NCBI GenBank assembly: GCA_963719225.1
Contig: CAVRAY010000002.1
Location: 390,077 to 454,076 of the forward strand
DNA: 64,000 bases
Source: Thermoanaerobaculia bacterium
Lineage (GTDB): Bacteria; Acidobacteriota; Thermoanaerobaculia; UBA5066
Reading direction: 5' to 3'
Position 1 is the first letter of the stretch, and each line of letters begins with the position of its first letter. Positions 37,300 to 50,356 of the stretch are shown piece by piece. A program made the translations under genes and the position numbers. The notes beneath the pieces were generated by a model. It was not told the origin of the DNA. It saw only the letters and a list, made by a program, of their open reading frames with translations, and did no database searches.

Positions 37300-37908
37300 A
37301 TGAAACTCCGTGTCCTCGACCTCGCCGCTCTTCTCGCCGCCCTCCTGCCGGCCCTGGGCGCGCGCGCGCAGGTCGAGGTCGACATGCTCCGCGTGACGGA
37401 CGGCGGCGCGCCTGTCGTCTCGGCCGTGCGGGCCGCGCGCGGGGGGACGGTCGTCGTCGCGCTCGAGATGCCTCGTGGCGACCGCCTCCTCTTGAGACGA
37501 GCCGCTCCCGAAGCGGGCGTCGTCTCCTATCAGGCCTGGATCGGCGGGCCTCCCGGCCTGGCCGTCACGCGCCGCGGAAGCGAGCCGCTCCTCGTGGAAG
37601 TGAGCGGGCGTTCGCTCCGCCTTTACGAGACCGACCTCTCGCGTCCCACGGTGAAGTGCTGGCTCACGTCCCTCGTCGCGTCCTCCGAGAACCGGCTCCT
37701 CGAGACGGCGGCCGGAATCCGCGCGCTGCGCGACCCGATCGCGCCTTCGGGCAGCGACGACGTCTACATGCCGATGGCTCTTCTCTGGCAGGCCGCCGAG
37801 GCCGGCGAGGCTCCGCGCGGACCCGTGAAGATCCAGCGCGGGCCGTTCAAGGGCGATCCCTGGAGCCGCCTCCAGCGCGCTGCGGCGGACGAGCTCGGAA
37901 GGCGCTGA
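37300..37908 (+). CDS. Hypothetical secreted protein
   Basis: Signal peptide MKLRVLDLAALLAALLPALGARAQ. No recognisable motif. Confidence 0.45.
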   Translation: MKLRVLDLAALLAALLPALGARAQVEVDMLRVTDGGAPVVSAVRAARGGTVVVALEMPRGDRLLLRRAAPEAGVVSYQAWIGGPPGLAVTRRGSEPLLVEVSGRSLRLYETDLSRPTVKCWLTSLVASSENRLLETAAGIRALRDPIAPSGSDDVYMPMALLWQAAEAGEAPRGPVKIQRGPFKGDPWSRLQRAAADELGRR

Positions 37909-37951
37909 CGACCCTCGTCGTGGGGCTCCTCACCGGCTACGCGACGCAGCG

Positions 37952-41658
<3,707 letters not shown>

Positions 41659-41662
<4 letters not shown>

Positions 41663-43530
41663 GCTCGTCTCGCCTCTGCGCCGAGCGCCTCGACGATCCG
41701 CTTCACCGCTTCGTAGCGCGCCATCGGCATGATGTGGAGGCCGCGCGAGCGCTCCGCGATCGCGCGCGCGAGCTCGACGGCGATCGCGAGGCCTTCCTCC
41801 TCCTCGAACTCGGGTCCCTTCTCGGCCGCGCGGCGCATCCGCGTGAGGATCTCCTCGGGCACGACCATGCCGGGGACCTCGTTCGCGAGGTAGAGGGCCT
41901 GCTTCAGGCTCTTCGGCGGGATGAGGCCGACGAGTACGGGAATCGCGTGCGCCTCGGCGCGCGCGTAGAAGCGGTCGAGGGCCGCCACGTCGTAGACGGG
42001 CTGTGTCTGCGCGAACGTGGCGCCCGCCTCGATCTTCGCCGAGAGTTTCGAGATCTCGACGTCGAGATCTTTCGCCGCGGGATTCGCCGCGCACGCGATT
42101 GCGAACGACGTGGCCGAGCCGATCGCACCGCCCGCGAGGTCCGTGCCGGTGTTCAGGCCCTTCACGATGCGCAGGAGACCGAGAGTGTCGACCTCGCCCA
42201 CGGGCTTGCCCTGCGGATAGTCGCCGATCTTCAGGGGATCGCCGCCCACGACGAGGAGAGCCTTGATGCCGAGGCCCGCCGCGCCGAGGAGGTCCGACTG
42301 GATGCCGAGCACGTTCCGGTCGCGCGGTGAGAAATGGAAGATCGTCTCGGCACCCGTCTCGGTGCGGATGAGATGCGCGACGGCGATGGACGACATTCTC
42401 AGCCGCGCCATCGGGTTGTCCGTTATGTTGATCGCGTCCACGCCGATCGCCTTCAACGTGCGCGCCCCGTCCACGGCCGCCGAGGCGTCGATGCCTTTCG
42501 GCGGCTCGACCTCGGCGGTCACGACGAGCGCGTGCGCGTCCGCGAGCTTGCGTTTCAGGGCGGACGTCTCGAGCGCCGCCTCCTTCGGGCGTGTCGCGCG
42601 GCTCTCTGTCACGGTGACGGCAGCCGCCGGGCTGCGAACCGGGGCCGCGCGCGCCTTCCCCGCGATCTCGCGCGCCATCGCGGCGACGTGCTCGGGCGCG
42701 GTTCCGCAGCAGCCCCCGACGAGCGCCGCACCGGCACGCAGGAGGTCGCGCGCGCTCTGGCGGAAGTAATCGGGCGTGGCCGGATACACGGTTCGTCCCG
42801 AGACGACCCAGGGATATCCGGCGTTCGGGCGCACGGAAAGGGGCACGTCCACGGAACCGGCGACGCGCGTGAAGATCTCCAGGGCCTCCTGCGGGCCGAC
42901 CGTGCAGTTCATCCCGACGACGTCGGCGCCCGCGGCCACGAGCGCCTGGAGCGCTTCCGCCGCGTCCTCGCCGAAGCTCGTCTTGCCGTCCGCGAGAAAC
43001 GTCATCGAGGCGGCGATCGGAACGTCGTTCGACAGCGCGCGCGCGGCGCGCAGCGCCTCGGTGACCTCGAGCGTCGAGGAGAAGGTCTCGAAGGAGAGGA
43101 GGTCCACACCCTCCTCGAGGAGGATCCGGATCTGTTCCGTGAAGAGCTCGCGCACGTGGGGACGCGTGAGCGGCCCGTAGGGCTTCACGAGCTGCCCGAG
43201 AGGTCCGACGGATCCCGCCACGTACACGTATTCCCCCTCGGCAGCGGCGCGGGCGAGGCGTACGGCCGCACGGTTGATCTTCTCGAGCGAGTCAGCCCAG
43301 TCGAACCGGGAGAGCTTCGCGCGGTTCGCGTCCCAGGTGTTCGTGGAGACGACCTGCGCGCCGGCCGCCACGTAGTCGTCGTGGATCTCGCGCACGAGGT
43401 CGGGCGCGGCGACCGAGTTCGGCGAGCGCGGCCCCTCCGCGGGCGCGCCGCGCGACACGAGCAACGTCCCCATCGCCCCGTCGGTGAGGAGGACTTCGGC
43501 CTTGAGCCGCTCCCGGATGTCTCGCTTCAT
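41659..43530 (-). CDS. yitJ: Bifunctional homocysteine S-methyltransferase / 5,10-methylenetetrahydrofolate reductase (YitJ-like)
   Basis: N-terminal '[11 protein letters not shown]…GGCCGTAP' is the Hcy-methyltransferase domain. The C-terminal ~290 aa are an MTHFR (MetF) domain. Same architecture as B. subtilis YitJ. Confidence 0.85.
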
Positions 43531-43720
43531 GAAAACGCCCCTTCGAGGACGAAGGGGCGTCGGGACTCCGCGCCGTTTTCGGCCTCGATCTCATCTTCCT
43601 CCGGCCGCGTCATGCGGCCTGGAGCGGGATTTGGCACCTGGCGTCCGGCGCCCCTCGGGGCGCACCGAACCGGTTGCCGCGGCATCGCAGGGCCCGTCCC
43701 TCCGCCGCTCTGGATGAAAC
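43531..43720 (-). ncRNA. SAM-I (S-box) riboswitch in the 5' leader of the yitJ-like/metH operon, with terminator/SD-sequestering hairpin
   Basis: Minus-strand RNA reads uuUCAUCcAGAGcGGCGGAGGGAcGGGCCCugcGAUGccgcGGCAACCgguucGGUGC…GGUGCCAAAUCCcGC…cGGAGGAAGAUGAGauc. This matches the SAM-I consensus blocks AGAGAGGYGGAGGGAYUGGCCCGAUGAAACCCGGCAACC…GGUGCCAAUUCCUGC…GAAAGAUGAG, with P1 UCAUC/GAUGA. A hairpin ACGCCCCUUCG-ucc-UCGAAGGGGCGUUUUC (43532-43560) ends 0 nt before the ATG. Confidence 0.7.
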
Positions 43721-43740
43721 CCGGTCAAAGAGCCGCGGTC

Positions 43741-43770
43741 AGAGTACGGCGCGCCGGGCGCGGCCGTCAA
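43741..43770 (-). promoter_or_regulatory. Candidate sigma70-type promoter for the riboswitch/yitJ-metH transcript
   Basis: On the minus strand, TTGACG, then an 18-nt spacer, then TACTCT, ~25 nt upstream of the riboswitch P1. Confidence 0.35.
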
Positions 43771-43792
43771 GGCCCGCCCGGCGGGGTGTCGT

Positions 43793-45261
43793 AGCTCCAT
43801 GAAAGTGTCCCCTCGATAACTCGATAGAAGTGTCCCCTCGTAAAGAAGGGGGCGCGATGGAGGAGATCGTGGGGCTGAGCACGAAGGAGAGAGCGCGGCT
43901 GGTGGAGCTCGAGCAGGTGAAGGCCGGGCGTCAGACGGTCGTGGCGGCTGCCGAGCGGCTTCAGATGAGCGGGCGGCAGGGCAAGAGGATCTGGAAGAGA
44001 TACCGCGCCGAGGGCGCCAAGGGACTGGTGCATCGCTCGCGAGGACGGCCGTCGAATCGGAAGTTGGACCCTGAGAGCAAGCAGCAGAGTCTCGAGCTCT
44101 GCCGGACGCGGCTGGAAGGTTTTGGGCCGACACTGGCGGCCGAGAAGCTTCTCGAGGTGGGGCTGAGGGTTTCTCACGAGACGTTGCGGCGGTGGCTGAT
44201 GGTAGAGGGGCTGTGGAAGAAGAAAAGGAAACGAGGGCCGCACCGCAGGTGGAGGCCGCCGAAGGAGCACTTCGGCGAGCTCGTTCAGATGGACGGAAGC
44301 TTCCACGACTGGCTCGAGACGGGCCACAAGCCATGCCTGATCGACCTCGTCGACGACGCCACGGCGAAGATGGGAGGCGAATTCTTCGAGCAGGAGACCA
44401 CCGAAGGAGCGATGAGGGTGCTGTGGCGGTGGATCGAGCTTTACGGGATCCCCAAGGCGCTTTACACCGACCACAAGAATCTCTACGTGGCTGATCGCGA
44501 GCCGACGAAAGACGAGCAGCTCTTAGGCCGGCCTGCACTGACGGCCTTCGGCAAGGCCTGCCACAAGCTCTCGATTCAGATCATTCCCGCAGCCAGCCCT
44601 CAGGCCAAGGGCAGGATCGAGCGGCGGCACGGCGTGCTTCAGGACCGGCTCGTCAAGGAGTTCAGGCTGCATGGCATCAAGGACCTCCAGGCGGCCAACG
44701 CCCTTCTGAGAGGAGGATTCCTCGAGACGATCAATCAGAGATTCGCGCACAGCTCGGCTAGCCGAGTCGACTACCACCGACCCGTGCCCAAGCGCCTACG
44801 GCTCGAGGATGTTTTCGTCTTCGAAGAGCAGCGCACCGTGCAGAACGACTGGACGGTCGCCTGGGACGGCCGCTGGTTCCAGATTACCGGGCCCAAGTCT
44901 CAGATGCCGCGCCGCCGCGAGAAGATCGTGGTTCGCCACAGGCTTGATGGCAGTCGGGTGCTGCTTCACTACCATCGAGCCCTCGAGTTTCACGAAATCA
45001 AAAACCGGCCGCCTCGGCCGGCGCCACTGATCAAGCCGGCCTCCGTGGCAACACGCCGCCCTTTCAAAGCGCCCTCTGATGTTCACCCCTGGAGAACACC
45101 ATTAACCGCCGCAAGCGTCCAGGCTTCATGGGAGCGCAAGGAGCGCGCCGGCCTCCGATGAGGCCGGCCTCCCGTTTTCCACATTTCCACCGCGCGACGA
45201 CTACGACGACCAAAAGGGGACATTTCTAACGAGCTCTACGAGGGGACACTTCTAAGGAGCT
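43793..45261 (+). mobile_element. Insertion sequence (~1.47 kb) carrying one rve-type transposase; imperfect ~45-bp terminal IRs with tandem GTGTCCCCTCG subrepeats
   Basis: Left end AGCTCCATGAAAGTGTCCCCTCGataactcgatagaAGTGTCCCCTCG. Reverse complement of the right end AGCTCCTTAGAAGTGTCCCCTCGtagagctcgttagaAATGTCCCC. Two 11-12-bp motif copies ~24 bp apart sit at each end. Confidence 0.65.
43857..45161 (+). CDS. DDE-type transposase (HTH + rve integrase-core), ISNCY/IS481-like
   Basis: ATG at ~43857 with RBS gaaggggg. 'LSTKERARLVELEQVKAGRQTVVAAAERLQMSGRQGKRIWKRYRAEGAKGLVHRSRGRPSNRKL' is an HTH region typical of ISNCY-group transposases. An rve-like core follows (…MDGSFHDWLE…LYTDHKNLYV…). Confidence 0.6.
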   Translation: MEEIVGLSTKERARLVELEQVKAGRQTVVAAAERLQMSGRQGKRIWKRYRAEGAKGLVHRSRGRPSNRKLDPESKQQSLELCRTRLEGFGPTLAAEKLLEVGLRVSHETLRRWLMVEGLWKKKRKRGPHRRWRPPKEHFGELVQMDGSFHDWLETGHKPCLIDLVDDATAKMGGEFFEQETTEGAMRVLWRWIELYGIPKALYTDHKNLYVADREPTKDEQLLGRPALTAFGKACHKLSIQIIPAASPQAKGRIERRHGVLQDRLVKEFRLHGIKDLQAANALLRGGFLETINQRFAHSSASRVDYHRPVPKRLRLEDVFVFEEQRTVQNDWTVAWDGRWFQITGPKSQMPRRREKIVVRHRLDGSRVLLHYHRALEFHEIKNRPPRPAPLIKPASVATRRPFKAPSDVHPWRTPLTAASVQASWERKERAGLR

Positions 45262-45342
45262 TTGACAGGCCCGCCCGGCGGGGGCGTGTGGTCGCAAGAA
45301 ATCCGGAGGAGCCGGACGCGCGGCGACTCCTCCGGACGGGCC

Positions 45343-45894
45343 TCACTTCGGCAGGGGGTCGAACTCGATGTGGCACACCGAGCCGCAGCAGACCCGGTAC
45401 GCGCAGAAGTAATGTCCGGGTGAGTGCTGGTAGCAGGTCGCCGTGACCTTGAGAAGGCAATGGGAGAGCTTGGCCTCGGCCGAGTGCTCGACGAGGCTCG
45501 AAGCGAATTGGGCCGCCGAAGCGATCCAGCCCTCGGACGAGGAGAGAGACGCCTTTTGCGCTTTCAGGCACTTGAGGAGCTCCGGCTTGAGGTCGGACTC
45601 TCTCCCCTCCTTCAGGCGCTTGCCGTTGGCCCAGAACCCGTCGTCGGAGACGACACCCCCCTTCACGCGGACCCGCGCCTCGAACTTCCCCTGGTCGGTG
45701 TTCACCGACGCGATCGTGTGCTCTCCGTCTTTCAGGTGCAGGGTGGCGGGATCCGGCACGTTGAGCTCGTACGTCTTGCTGCTGCACGGGTCCGCCGCCA
45801 CGGCGGAGCCCGCGAGAGCCAGGGAAAGGGACAGCGGCACGAGCCACCGCAGGCCCCCGAGCGAGATCCGAGTCTGGTTCGAGCGAGTCGTCAT
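45343..45894 (-). CDS. Hypothetical secreted cysteine-rich protein
   Basis: ATG at ~45894 with RBS ggagg. Signal peptide 'MTTRSNQTRISLGGLRWLVPLSLSLALAGSAVAADP'. The C-terminal 40 aa contain 7 Cys (…HCLLKVTATCYQHSPGHYFCAYRVCCGSVCHIEF…). Confidence 0.45.
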   Translation of the reverse strand: MTTRSNQTRISLGGLRWLVPLSLSLALAGSAVAADPCSSKTYELNVPDPATLHLKDGEHTIASVNTDQGKFEARVRVKGGVVSDDGFWANGKRLKEGRESDLKPELLKCLKAQKASLSSSEGWIASAAQFASSLVEHSAEAKLSHCLLKVTATCYQHSPGHYFCAYRVCCGSVCHIEFDPLPK

Positions 45895-46064
45895 CGTCGT
45901 CCTCCTTTTCGTTCGCCCGGCAGCTTTCTTCCGCGGCCGTCCGGGGCTTCCGTCAAGAGCTAAGCGGCATTTCCGGCCCGAATGGCTCACGCGCGCGGGC
46001 CTGGAGGCGAACGCCTGCCGTGCGGGCCTCCCCGGAATGTCGGGTAAACTCGATTCCTGACCAG

Positions 46065-47375
46065 ATGAGGATTCTCGTCGTCGGCTCCGGGGGTCGCGAG
46101 CACGCGCTCGTGTGGAAGCTCGCGCAGGCGCCGGGCGTCACGGACGTCTTCGCGGCGCCGGGCAACCCGGGCATGGCGAACAAGGCGACGTGCATTCCGA
46201 TCGGGGTCGAGAACGTCGTCGAGCTGGCGGACTTCGCCGAGTCGATGAAGATCGACCTGACCGTCGTCGGACCCGAGCTTCCGCTCACGCTCGGCCTCGT
46301 GGACGAGCTCACCAACCGCGGCCTCACCGCGTTCGGCCCGAACCGCCTCGCGGCGGAGCTCGAAGGCTCGAAGGTCTTCTCGAAGCTCTTCATGAAGAAA
46401 TACGGCATCCCGACGCCGGACGCCGAGGTGTGCCAGACGCGGGGCGAGGCGGAGCGCGCCCTCAAGTCGTACGGCCTCCCGTGCGTCTTCAAGGCGGACG
46501 GCCTCGCGGCCGGAAAGGGCGTCGTTGTGGCGCAGGAGGCCGAGGAGGCTGAGCGCGCGCTGAAGCTCTTCTTCGAGGATCGCGTCTTCGGCTCGGCTGG
46601 CGACCGCGTTCTCGTGGAACGGTTCATCGCGGGAGACGAGGTGAGCTTCATGGTCCTTTGCGACGGGGAGCACGCGCTGCCGCTCGCGACCGCGATGGAC
46701 TACAAGAAGATCTTCGACGGCGAGCGCGGTCCGAACACGGGCGGAATGGGCGCGCACAGTCCTTCGGTGCTCCTCGACGCGTCCACGGCGTCCGACGTGC
46801 TCGCGTTCATCGTGCAGCCGACGCTCAAGGGAATGGCCGACGAGGGCCGCCCGTTCCGCGGCGTCCTCTTCGTCGGTCTCATCCTCGAGGCCGGACTGAA
46901 CCCGTACGTGCTCGAATACAACGTGAGGTTCGGAGATCCCGAGACGCAGGCGGTGCTCCTGCGCATGGACGACAACCTGCTGCCGCTTCTCCTGGGATCG
47001 GCACGCGGAAAATTCGACGAAGGGGCGCAGCTCGGATGGCGGCGCGAGGCGACCGCCGCCCTCGTCATGACGGCCGAGGGCTATCCCGGGCCCTTCGAGC
47101 GCGGTCGCGCCATTTCCGGAATCGAGGACGCCGAGGCGATGGACGGCGTCTTCGTCTTCCATGCGGGGACGGCCCGGGGTCCCGACGACGGCCTGGTGAC
47201 GTCGGGCGGCCGCGTTCTCGACGTCTGCGCCCGCGGGCGCGGCCTCTCGCAGGCGCTCGCGAGGGCGAAGGAAGCGGCGGGCAAGATCCGTTTCGAAGGC
47301 GCCCATTTCCGGCGCGACATCGGGAAGAAGGCCCTCGAGATCCTCGTGGAGCGCTCCGGCTCCATGCTCAGATGA
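46065..47375 (+). CDS. purD: Phosphoribosylamine--glycine ligase
   Basis: 'MRILVVGSGGREHALVWKLAQAPGV…' is the canonical PurD N-terminus. ATP-grasp domain. C-terminal '…GGRVLDVCARGRGLSQA…'. Confidence 0.9.
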   Translation: MRILVVGSGGREHALVWKLAQAPGVTDVFAAPGNPGMANKATCIPIGVENVVELADFAESMKIDLTVVGPELPLTLGLVDELTNRGLTAFGPNRLAAELEGSKVFSKLFMKKYGIPTPDAEVCQTRGEAERALKSYGLPCVFKADGLAAGKGVVVAQEAEEAERALKLFFEDRVFGSAGDRVLVERFIAGDEVSFMVLCDGEHALPLATAMDYKKIFDGERGPNTGGMGAHSPSVLLDASTASDVLAFIVQPTLKGMADEGRPFRGVLFVGLILEAGLNPYVLEYNVRFGDPETQAVLLRMDDNLLPLLLGSARGKFDEGAQLGWRREATAALVMTAEGYPGPFERGRAISGIEDAEAMDGVFVFHAGTARGPDDGLVTSGGRVLDVCARGRGLSQALARAKEAAGKIRFEGAHFRRDIGKKALEILVERSGSMLR

Positions 47376-48138
47376 AATCGACGAGAACCGGCGGTGGACC
47401 CGGGGCGTCGAGGAGCGCGAAGGCAGCCTCGAGGATCCGGGTCTGCAGCGCGGCATCGCCCGGCTTCCCGAGCGGATACCCGAGCGCGTAAGGCACCGCG
47501 AGAGCGCGAGGCGTTCGCACCTTCTCGGTGACCTCCTTGAGCATCGTGACGGACGTCGTCGCGATGCCGCGCCTCTCGAGCTCGCCCGCGATCAGACCGA
47601 CGGTCTGGTGGCACATGGGTCAAAGCGGGACGAGGAACGCCGCGTCGACGCCGTCCGCCGCGAGGAGCGCGGCGGCCGCTGGCGCCGTTTCCTTCACGAG
47701 CCGCCCGGGCGCCGTGATCGAGCCCATGAAGGAGAGGGCGCGGCCGTTCAGCGAGCCGATCTCTCCCTTCGCCACCATCTCGCGCAGCCTCTCGAGCGGA
47801 AAGCCGAGATTGCGGTCCGCCCGAAACCCGCTCTGGTCGAACGCGTCGGATTTGTGCGCGATTCCGAGCGTCGCAACCTCCGCGTCCGCCGGGATCTCGC
47901 GGAACGACACGTCGCAGCCCTTCAACTCTTCGGTGTCGAACGGAACCTGCGACGGCAGGTGAACGCCCCCCGTCGTCACGAGCGCGACGCGCGCCTCGTG
48001 AAGCGGTTTCGCAAGCCTCGTGAACGGCACGGGATCGAGCGCACGGTACCGGTACATCGCCATGAAGAGCCGGTTCTTGCGCGACAGGTCCGAAAGGCTC
48101 GCCATGCCCTCAGTATGACGAAATATGATCGCGCCCAT
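47368..48138 (-). CDS. Candidate selenoprotein (selenoprotein-B/GrdB-PrdB-like family, guess): two ORFs joined by an in-frame TGA (47620-47622) giving a UxxC redox motif
   Basis: ORFs 47620-48138 and 47368-47616 are in the same frame, separated only by a TGA and one Pro codon: …AAFLVPL-U-P-M-C-HQTVGLIAGE… A small hairpin CAGACC-guc-GGUCUG begins 12 nt 3' of the UGA at a SECIS-like distance. Confidence 0.45.
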
Positions 48139-48694
48139 GCACGTTCCCGCCGTCCTCGCGCTTCTCGCCCAGCTCGTCTCGTCGCACGCCGCGCCTTCCG
48201 CCGCGGCCTCGACTCCGGCGCCCGTCTATCCCGTGACATCGGGCGGCGGCCTGACATGGGCCGTGCCGAAGACCTGGGTGCCGGGACCCTCCTCCGCGAT
48301 GAGGCTCGCGACGTACTTTCTCCCCGCGTCTGCGGGCGACGCCGAGAGGCCGGAGATGGCCGTCTTCTGGTTCGGGCCGGGAAAGGGCGGGACCGTCGAC
48401 GCGAACGTGGAGCGCTGGTTCTCGCAGTTCGCCGCATCTCCCGGCGACCCGAGGCCGACGCGCAGCCTCACGCGGATCGGCTCGCTGCCCGTCACGCTCG
48501 TGAAAGCGGCGGGAACGTTTTCCGCAGGCGCCGGGATGGGCGCCTCGTCCGCGGCGAAGAGCGGCTTTGCGCTCCGCGGCGCGATCGCCGAGGGCCCGAA
48601 CGGAGCCGTGTTCTTCAAGCTCACCGGCCCGCGGCGAAGCGTGGCGGCCGCCGGAAAGGACTTCGACGCCCTCGTCGCGAGCCTCAAGCCCTGA
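48125..48694 (+). CDS. Hypothetical secreted protein
   Basis: Signal-peptide-like N-terminus 'MIAPMHVPAVLALLAQLVSSHAAPSAAAS'. Normal composition (not Arg-rich), unlike the overlapping minus-strand ORFs. Starts divergently 14 nt inside the selenoprotein candidate, so this call is uncertain. Confidence 0.35.
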   Translation: MIAPMHVPAVLALLAQLVSSHAAPSAAASTPAPVYPVTSGGGLTWAVPKTWVPGPSSAMRLATYFLPASAGDAERPEMAVFWFGPGKGGTVDANVERWFSQFAASPGDPRPTRSLTRIGSLPVTLVKAAGTFSAGAGMGASSAAKSGFALRGAIAEGPNGAVFFKLTGPRRSVAAAGKDFDALVASLKP

Positions 48695-48706
48695 CAACCG
48701 GCCGGA

Positions 48707-50316
48707 TCATCTGATTCCGTACGTCGCGAGGAAGTGCGTGGGGCCCGGCTTTCGCGCGACGGCGTGGTCGGGATTCGCGGCGAGGTGCTCGAGCACCTTG
48801 AAAACCGTCTCGGTCTCCTCCGGCGCTTCGAGAGAGGCCGCGATGCGCTCGGCCGTCCGGAAGATTCCCTTCTCCCGCTGCAGGTCCGCGAGAAGCCTCG
48901 CCTGCAGGGCGAGCACCTGTGCCGCGGCTTTCTTTCCGGCCTCGACGCCGGGCTGGTGATACGCATTGATGCCGATGAGCTGCGCGTAGAGGCCGACCGT
49001 CCGTTCGTAGAGCGCGATGAGAGTTCCCACGGAGCGCGCGGAAGCGTCCGGAAGGGTGAGCGTGATCGAGCCCCGTCCGTTCTCGTAAAGCGCCTTCCGC
49101 GTTCCGAGGAGAAAACCGTGGAGGTAATCGCCCGAGGTCACGTCGGGCTCGACGGCGAGAGACACGGCGGCGTTCTCGCGGTCGCAGGCGACCTCGACGA
49201 ACGTCACGAAGAAATTCGGGACTCCCTCGCGGAGCTGCTGGACGTAAGCATGCTGGTCCGTCGAGCCCTTGTTGCCGTAGACGGCGATGCCCTGCCGGAC
49301 GACGTTTCCGGCGAGGTCTTTCTCCTTCCCGAGCGATTCCATGACGAGCTGCTGGAGGTAGCGCGAGAATAGGAGGAGCCGGTCCTTGTAGGGGAGGACG
49401 ACCATGTCCTTCAGCCCTTTTCCCCCGTCTCCCGGTACCACGCGAGCGCGAGCATCGCCGCGGGGTTCTTCGAGACCTCTCCGACGCGCGTCGCCTCGTC
49501 GCACGCGGCGGCGCCGGCGAGAAGTCCCTCCACGTCGAGCCCCTGGAGCGCCGCGGGCAGGAGGCCGACGGCGGAAAGCTCCGACGTGCGTCCGCCCACC
49601 CAGTCCCACATCGGGAAGCGGTTCAGCCAGCCGCCGCGCGCGGCCACCTCGTCGAGCTCGCTCGCCTTGCCCGTGACGGCGGCCGCGTGCCTCGGAAAGT
49701 CGAGGCCCGCGCGGCGGTAGGCGTCCGCCGCCTCCAGCATCCCGTTCCGCGTCTCTTTCGTTCCGCCCGACTTCGAGATCACGACCGTGAGCGTCGCGGG
49801 CAGGCCCCCTTCGGTCGACGCGATGCGCGACAGCTCGCGGGCCATGCCGTCGGGATCGGTGTTGTCGAAGAAGAACGGCCGCATCGGGTCGCGCGGCGAG
49901 CCGAGCGCGTCCGCGACGAATTGCGGCCCGAGAGCCGAGCCGCCGATGCCGACGACGAGGAGATTCGTGAACCGCGGCGCCTTCTGGGGCTTCGGGGAGC
50001 CGCCGTGAACGGCGTCCGCGAAGGCCTCGATTCGCGCGAGCGTCTCTTTGATCGCCTCTTTCGTCTCCGCGTCGGGGGCGCGCTCCGGCGCGCGCAGCCA
50101 GTAGTGGCCGACGCGCCTTCCCTCGTCGGGGTTCGCGATCGCGCCGGCCTCGAGGGCCTCCATCGCGGCGAACGCCGCGGGAAACGCGGAATCCACGAGC
50201 GGGTCGCGATGGAGAGCGTCGTCCTGGAGCGACGTCTTCGAGAGGTCGACGAGGAGCGAGAGGGACGGCACGTGGAGAGAGAGGGCCTGGTAGCGCTGCC
50301 ACGGATGGAGGCTCAT
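48707..50316 (-). pseudogene. pgi: Glucose-6-phosphate isomerase carrying a +/-1 frameshift at a G5A4G3 homopolymer (~49410-49425)
   Basis: N-terminal 301 aa (50316-49411) contain '[16 protein letters not shown]' and '[17 protein letters not shown]', then end '…WYRETGEKG*'. The +1 frame continues '…[36 protein letters not shown]…' to 48707, which is the PGI C-terminal half. The junction lies in ACGGGGGAAAAGGGCTG. Confidence 0.7.
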
Positions 50317-50356
50317 GCGCGAAGACTATCCTTCCCGGTGCAAAACGGAGGTGGAG

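Noticed and set aside
43690-43760. Plus-strand 'GGATGAAACCCGG' resembling the SAM-I core on the wrong strand
   Set aside because: It is the complement of the riboswitch's pairing partner region. Full consensus blocks (AGAG.GG.GGAGGGA…GGCAACC…GGUGCCAAAUCC…GAUGAG) appear only on the minus strand, which is also the strand of the downstream metH operon.
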